The notes below the pieces were generated by a model. It worked only from the letters and a program-made list of their open reading frames with translations. It ran no database searches and was not told where the DNA came from. 64,000 nucleotides of DNA from Antedon mediterranea. Taxonomy: Eukaryota > Animalia > Echinodermata. The stretch spans positions 12,186,948 to 12,250,947 of the forward strand of contig NC_092673.1 of NCBI RefSeq assembly GCF_964355755.1, given 5' to 3'. A program made the translations under genes and the position numbers. Shown piece after piece: positions 59,997-64,000 of the stretch; position 1 is the first letter of the stretch; every line of letters starts with the position of its first letter.

Positions 59997-60229
59997 CTGT
60001 TGAACAAAAAAACAAATGGCTATCAGTAGTACAAAATCGTTTAGGCTTACGCCTGACCTGCCTGGGGTTTCGGCGGAATACATCTGTCTCAGTTTCAAAT
60101 GCGGGATTGGTCTCTGGTTCAAGTCCAAGTTCTGGTTCAATTACTGGCCTGATTGCTGGTTCAAATTCTGGTTCAATTGTTGGTTCCGATTCTTGTTCAA
60201 TTGTTGGTTCCAATTCTTGCCCCCATCCT

Positions 60230-62583
60230 GGGGGCAAGAATCTGGGTTGTACACCCGCAAAGGGATCTGGTTCGCTCCGTCTGTAACCAATACTCTGGCC
60301 ATTACGAGACCTCCGGCAGCCATCCCATTTGTGTCCAGCGGCTCCACCAGGCACTGGCCTCTGCTTCCAGCGGATTGTGCCACGTATCCCATGACGATTT
60401 GTTCATGGCCTGGTTCAATTGTTGTGGCCTGGCTCACTCGCACGATTGGCGTGAAATAGTCTCCTTCTGGATTGGAACACCGTACTCGTTCGTCCCCTAT
60501 CATCAACTCTAATTCTCGTGTATCGATCACTGCATTGGTTTTAAGTAGAAAATCCATTCCCAATATGCCGTATATCTGGATGTCCGCTACCAACACGTTC
60601 AATTCGCATGTTCTCTTACCAACCTTTAGCTCCATACAAGCCTAGCCTATCGCTTTCAACGCTCCTCCGTCTATCTGGTGTATGCCGACAGAGTGTGGCT
60701 TAAGTTTTGGCTTCTGCTTTAATGGCAATTGCCGGAACAAGGAAGCAGAAAGCAGTGTATCTGTATCAATCAACAAAGGAATCTCCAAGCCATTGATTGT
60801 AGTTTTCACATATAGTCCATCCTTCGGGTCGAAATAACTCGTACTCTGGCGTACATGTTCCCGTTCCGCTTTCTCCCTCTTATTCGTACTTTGATGCCCT
60901 TTCTGTACATCAACTTTCCCGCGGGCTACCAGGTCAGTTGCTGCTCGTTTCCCTGAAACGGATTATAACGATCGGGTCTACGATTCCTGCAATTTCTTGC
61001 GAAATGCCCTCTTTCTCCACAACGAAAGCAAGTTCGGTCTCTTCCCTGGTTCATCCTGTTCCAAGGGACATTCATCGGTGGCCTATCTGCTCTTCGCCGG
61101 TCATCAGGTAAACGCTGAGGAGAGGCGACCTGCTTCCTTAAATTCTCCACTGTCTCCTCTAGCTGCTTAATCCGCTTTCCACTTTTGTCTTCTTGAATGT
61201 CCTTACGTATTTAGGCTTCGCTGGCTGGCGGCTATTCTCTAATTTCTGGAATCCTTCAACGTTCAATGCAGCGGTTATTGCCTCATCTAGAGTTTTTGGA
61301 CATGCTCGAAAAATTCCTTCTCGTACCTCTGAGTCTTCTACAGCCTCTAAGAAATGACCTTTGGCCAATTGTTCTCTCTGTGGCTTGGGAAGGTCTGAAT
61401 AAGCACGAGCTGCCAACTCTCGGATATTCTGGCCAAGCCTCTGATAACTCTTCTAACTTTCTGTCGACAAACCCGCAATTCTAGAAGAAAGTTTTCCTTC
61501 TGTTGGGTGGTCCCATATCGCCTCTCTAAGGCTGCAGACAGTTCTGCATACGTGTATTTCTGGTTCGGAAAATTTCTTAGTACCCCAACAGCCAGACCTT
61601 TGAGGCTAGCAGCTAAAAACGTTGCAGCCTGTTCGCCTGTCCAACCGTTTGTTAGCCTACATGAATTAAAATGTCGCTGATACTCGTACCACGGTGTCTT
61701 TCCCTCATAACAATCTGGATTCACTACCGGTCGTTTCATAACTTCACCAAATACTCGTTCAAACGCCTCTTTCCCATACTGGTTCGATTTTCTCTGTTTC
61801 CTTTGGCTGGATCGTCACCTTCTTAGGACTACTTTCATAGCCGTCGCTATAACGGCCACCCGTTATTACACTAGAGCGCCTGGTATTTGAATCTTTGCAC
61901 ATACTCCCGTCCACTACAACCGGATCATCACCAGAGGTCTTTCTCTTTTCAGCTCGTTTGGATACAAAGCTTTGCGGGAAATCCTGTACTTCGTTCATTA
62001 AGCCCTCGTTCGACTTTGTACTAGTGACAGGATACCTCCCAGGTTCATCCAGCCTAAGAGACTGGAGCAGATCTTCTGTTTCTGTACCGAACCCATACGG
62101 CCTAGGCTGATATACACTGCCCTGGTCCATTACATGACTGTAGCCTCGTAATGTAACTTGAGCCTTGGCCCAAGTCCGGGTTCATCTGGTTGTCCCTAGG
62201 ATAATAAGGTAGCGGGGGTTCTACTACCCTAGAGGTAGGCGTTTATACACCCCCTCTCCTGTATTCCCTTTCTAGATTCTGTTCAAATTCTGCATCATCA
62301 TTCAGGTTAGGCCTAACTGTAATACCAAAGTCAGTCCGTAACTTTACAGGCGCTCGTTTCCCGTGTTGTAGAAGACCTACAGAACGGTAGCCTGATCAGG
62401 TTCATTGACTCGGTTCTTGTCCAACATGAATGAAGTGTGTTTTGGCTTTTCAGGATCAGATAGCCGGGTATCAGGTTCCACCGGTGTCTCTCGTTCTAGC
62501 CTTAGCCACGACTTAAATGTTGTATTTATTTCTCGTTCTAGCCTTTCTATTTCGTCCTGTATTGACCTGAGTGTGTTATTCAT
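60230..62583 (-). pseudogene. gag and aspartic protease, frameshifted
   Basis: PDCYEGKTPWYEY..HF...NGW..., zinc knuckle CFRCGERGHFARNC, FLIDT and ILGMDFL. Confidence 0.85.
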
Positions 62584-62675
62584 AATTACAGTATAACAAT
62601 TTTAACAATTTAAAGTGAGCCTAATTTTTCTAAGGTAACACTAACTGTTTCCTAAATCACAGTAGAACCAACTAA

Positions 62676-62693
62676 ATCCCACTTCTGACACCA
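62676..62693 (-). promoter_or_regulatory. Primer-binding site complementary to a tRNA-Leu 3' end
   Basis: TGGTGTCAGAAGTGGGAT next to the 5' LTR. Confidence 0.8.
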
Positions 62694-62694
62694 C

Positions 62695-63021
62695 CGTTTT
62701 TAGATTAGGTCACGTTAAGAACCTCCAGGTTTGGCAGCAGGTGTGTCCCACTGACTTATCTAGTTAGTCTACGTCAAAATAATCAAATAAAAGACTACAC
62801 ACTAAATCCGGTTTCAATTGCTTTATTCAAAACTCACCCTTCATAATCGAAGTAAATCAATGAAATATCCACAAGACAAAGTATAAAAATTACAGGTACA
62901 GTACAACAATATGACAAGGAGGCTCATGCGTCCGTTCAGAGAATCATCCTCACATGGCCCGGGACATCCCTTATAAATGAACCGTACTTAACTGTAGAGG
63001 GCGCATTTTCATCACATTATA
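62695..63021 (-). repeat. 5' LTR
   Basis: Direct repeat of 59059-59399, immediately followed on the minus strand by the PBS. Confidence 0.9.
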
Positions 63022-64000
63022 TTGTGGAACATGAAAACAACTTAACAATTTGTGTTTCCGCAGCAATGCGTTTTTCATTCGATTTATGTCTACTTTTTTA
63101 TTTTATCTATATGTATCAAACAAAAAACAACCAAAATAATATAGTTTGAAATTTTATACTTACTTACTTACTTATTTGTTATGTGTTTGCGCGCACATCT
63201 AATTCACACAGCACAATTTTTCTTTAGCGTTTTTAAAAATCTGAACAGTCAAAAAGTAAAGTCTAACGTTCCATATCCAGTATTGCTTTCAATTTTGAGA
63301 TTACAGATATTTCAAAGTGTAGGGATAGTGTAACAAAATCAATGGCCGTAAAATAGTTCCGAATTTTATTCTTGATACAATTTTTTTTTATTTTAATAAT
63401 TTGTCAAAGTACTTTTATTAGAGTGTGCTTTTATTATACTTGCCTATGCAAAGTATATAACCACATATTAAGGGTTACTGCTAGTAAATAATAATTGGGT
63501 TATTGATTTTATAGACAACTAAATCAAAGCTATATTATCTTAACTAAACTCTATACATTGAACTTAATTAATCCTACAGTGTGAGTTGGCAATCTATGTG
63601 GTCAAGGAAATCATTTAAAAATTATTATTTTATTTATTTTCTATAAACTGAAACCCAATTACTCTCTCTTTTCCGTCATTATCCCAAAATAATAGGACGT
63701 TACGAAACACAACTGGAAGCCACAGGACAGTGCTCATGAATAATTTATGGTTAGCGTGATATTGAAGACGATAAATTTGCCATTTTCTCGTTTATGGAGA
63801 ATGACAAGAAATAATGTACATTATAACCTTAAATATACACTTAAACATAGAAATTTCAAAACTCTAAATAAAATTTTAATTTTTAATTTAATTGTTTAAC
63901 GAAATAACATTTTTATAAGGTTAAGCGGCGTTTGAATGCGAGAAAAGCTAGGCATATGCTGTTCCACCAGAGCCAAGCGCTCAGAGGGGCTCTAGCGAAC

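Larger units (their letters stand above)
59054..63021 (-). mobile_element. Gypsy/Ty3-like LTR retrotransposon, internally deleted (gag and protease only; no RT, RNase H or integrase)
   Basis: Direct LTRs at 59054-59399 and about 62695-63021; tRNA-Leu PBS; purine tract at about 59400-59409; no clean TSD. Confidence 0.88.
58400..63484. repeat. Internally repetitive host element into which the LTR element inserted
   Basis: 58420-58500 resembles 58955-59030, and 58680-58835 resembles 63280-63440; weak hairpin plus CTAG|T at 63458-63485 might be a Helitron end. Confidence 0.4.

Noticed and set aside
62676-62693. tRNA-like sequence
   Set aside because: Only the 18-nt primer-binding site, not a tRNA gene.

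Overview
AT-rich animal genomic DNA, probably a marine invertebrate (a deuterostome is plausible but not proven). There are two host genes, both on the + strand. The first is the last two coding exons of a Prrx-type paired-class homeobox gene (2627-2796, 5341-5634). The second is the first 12 coding exons (1200 codons, phase-consistent by manual splicing) of a polycystin-1/REJ-family receptor gene (38303-57005), which continues beyond the window. Most of the rest is transposable-element DNA. Two nested stacks could be resolved from their junction sequences: (i) Kolobok-like > Academ-like > Helitron plus a minisatellite at 6039-12337, and (ii) a five-layer nest at about 20050-37740: Academ relic > Rex/Babar-like LINE > Crack/L2-group LINE > fold-back Academ > L1/Tx1 LINE. 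Also present are Penelope relics with hammerhead-ribozyme cores, HINE/DINE-like elements, a Deu/Nin-domain SINE, and an RT-less Gypsy LTR element with an extra env-position ORF resembling a frameshifted C2H2 zinc finger. I found no CRISPR array, rRNA or tRNA gene. Family assignments rest on motif recognition only; no database search was run.
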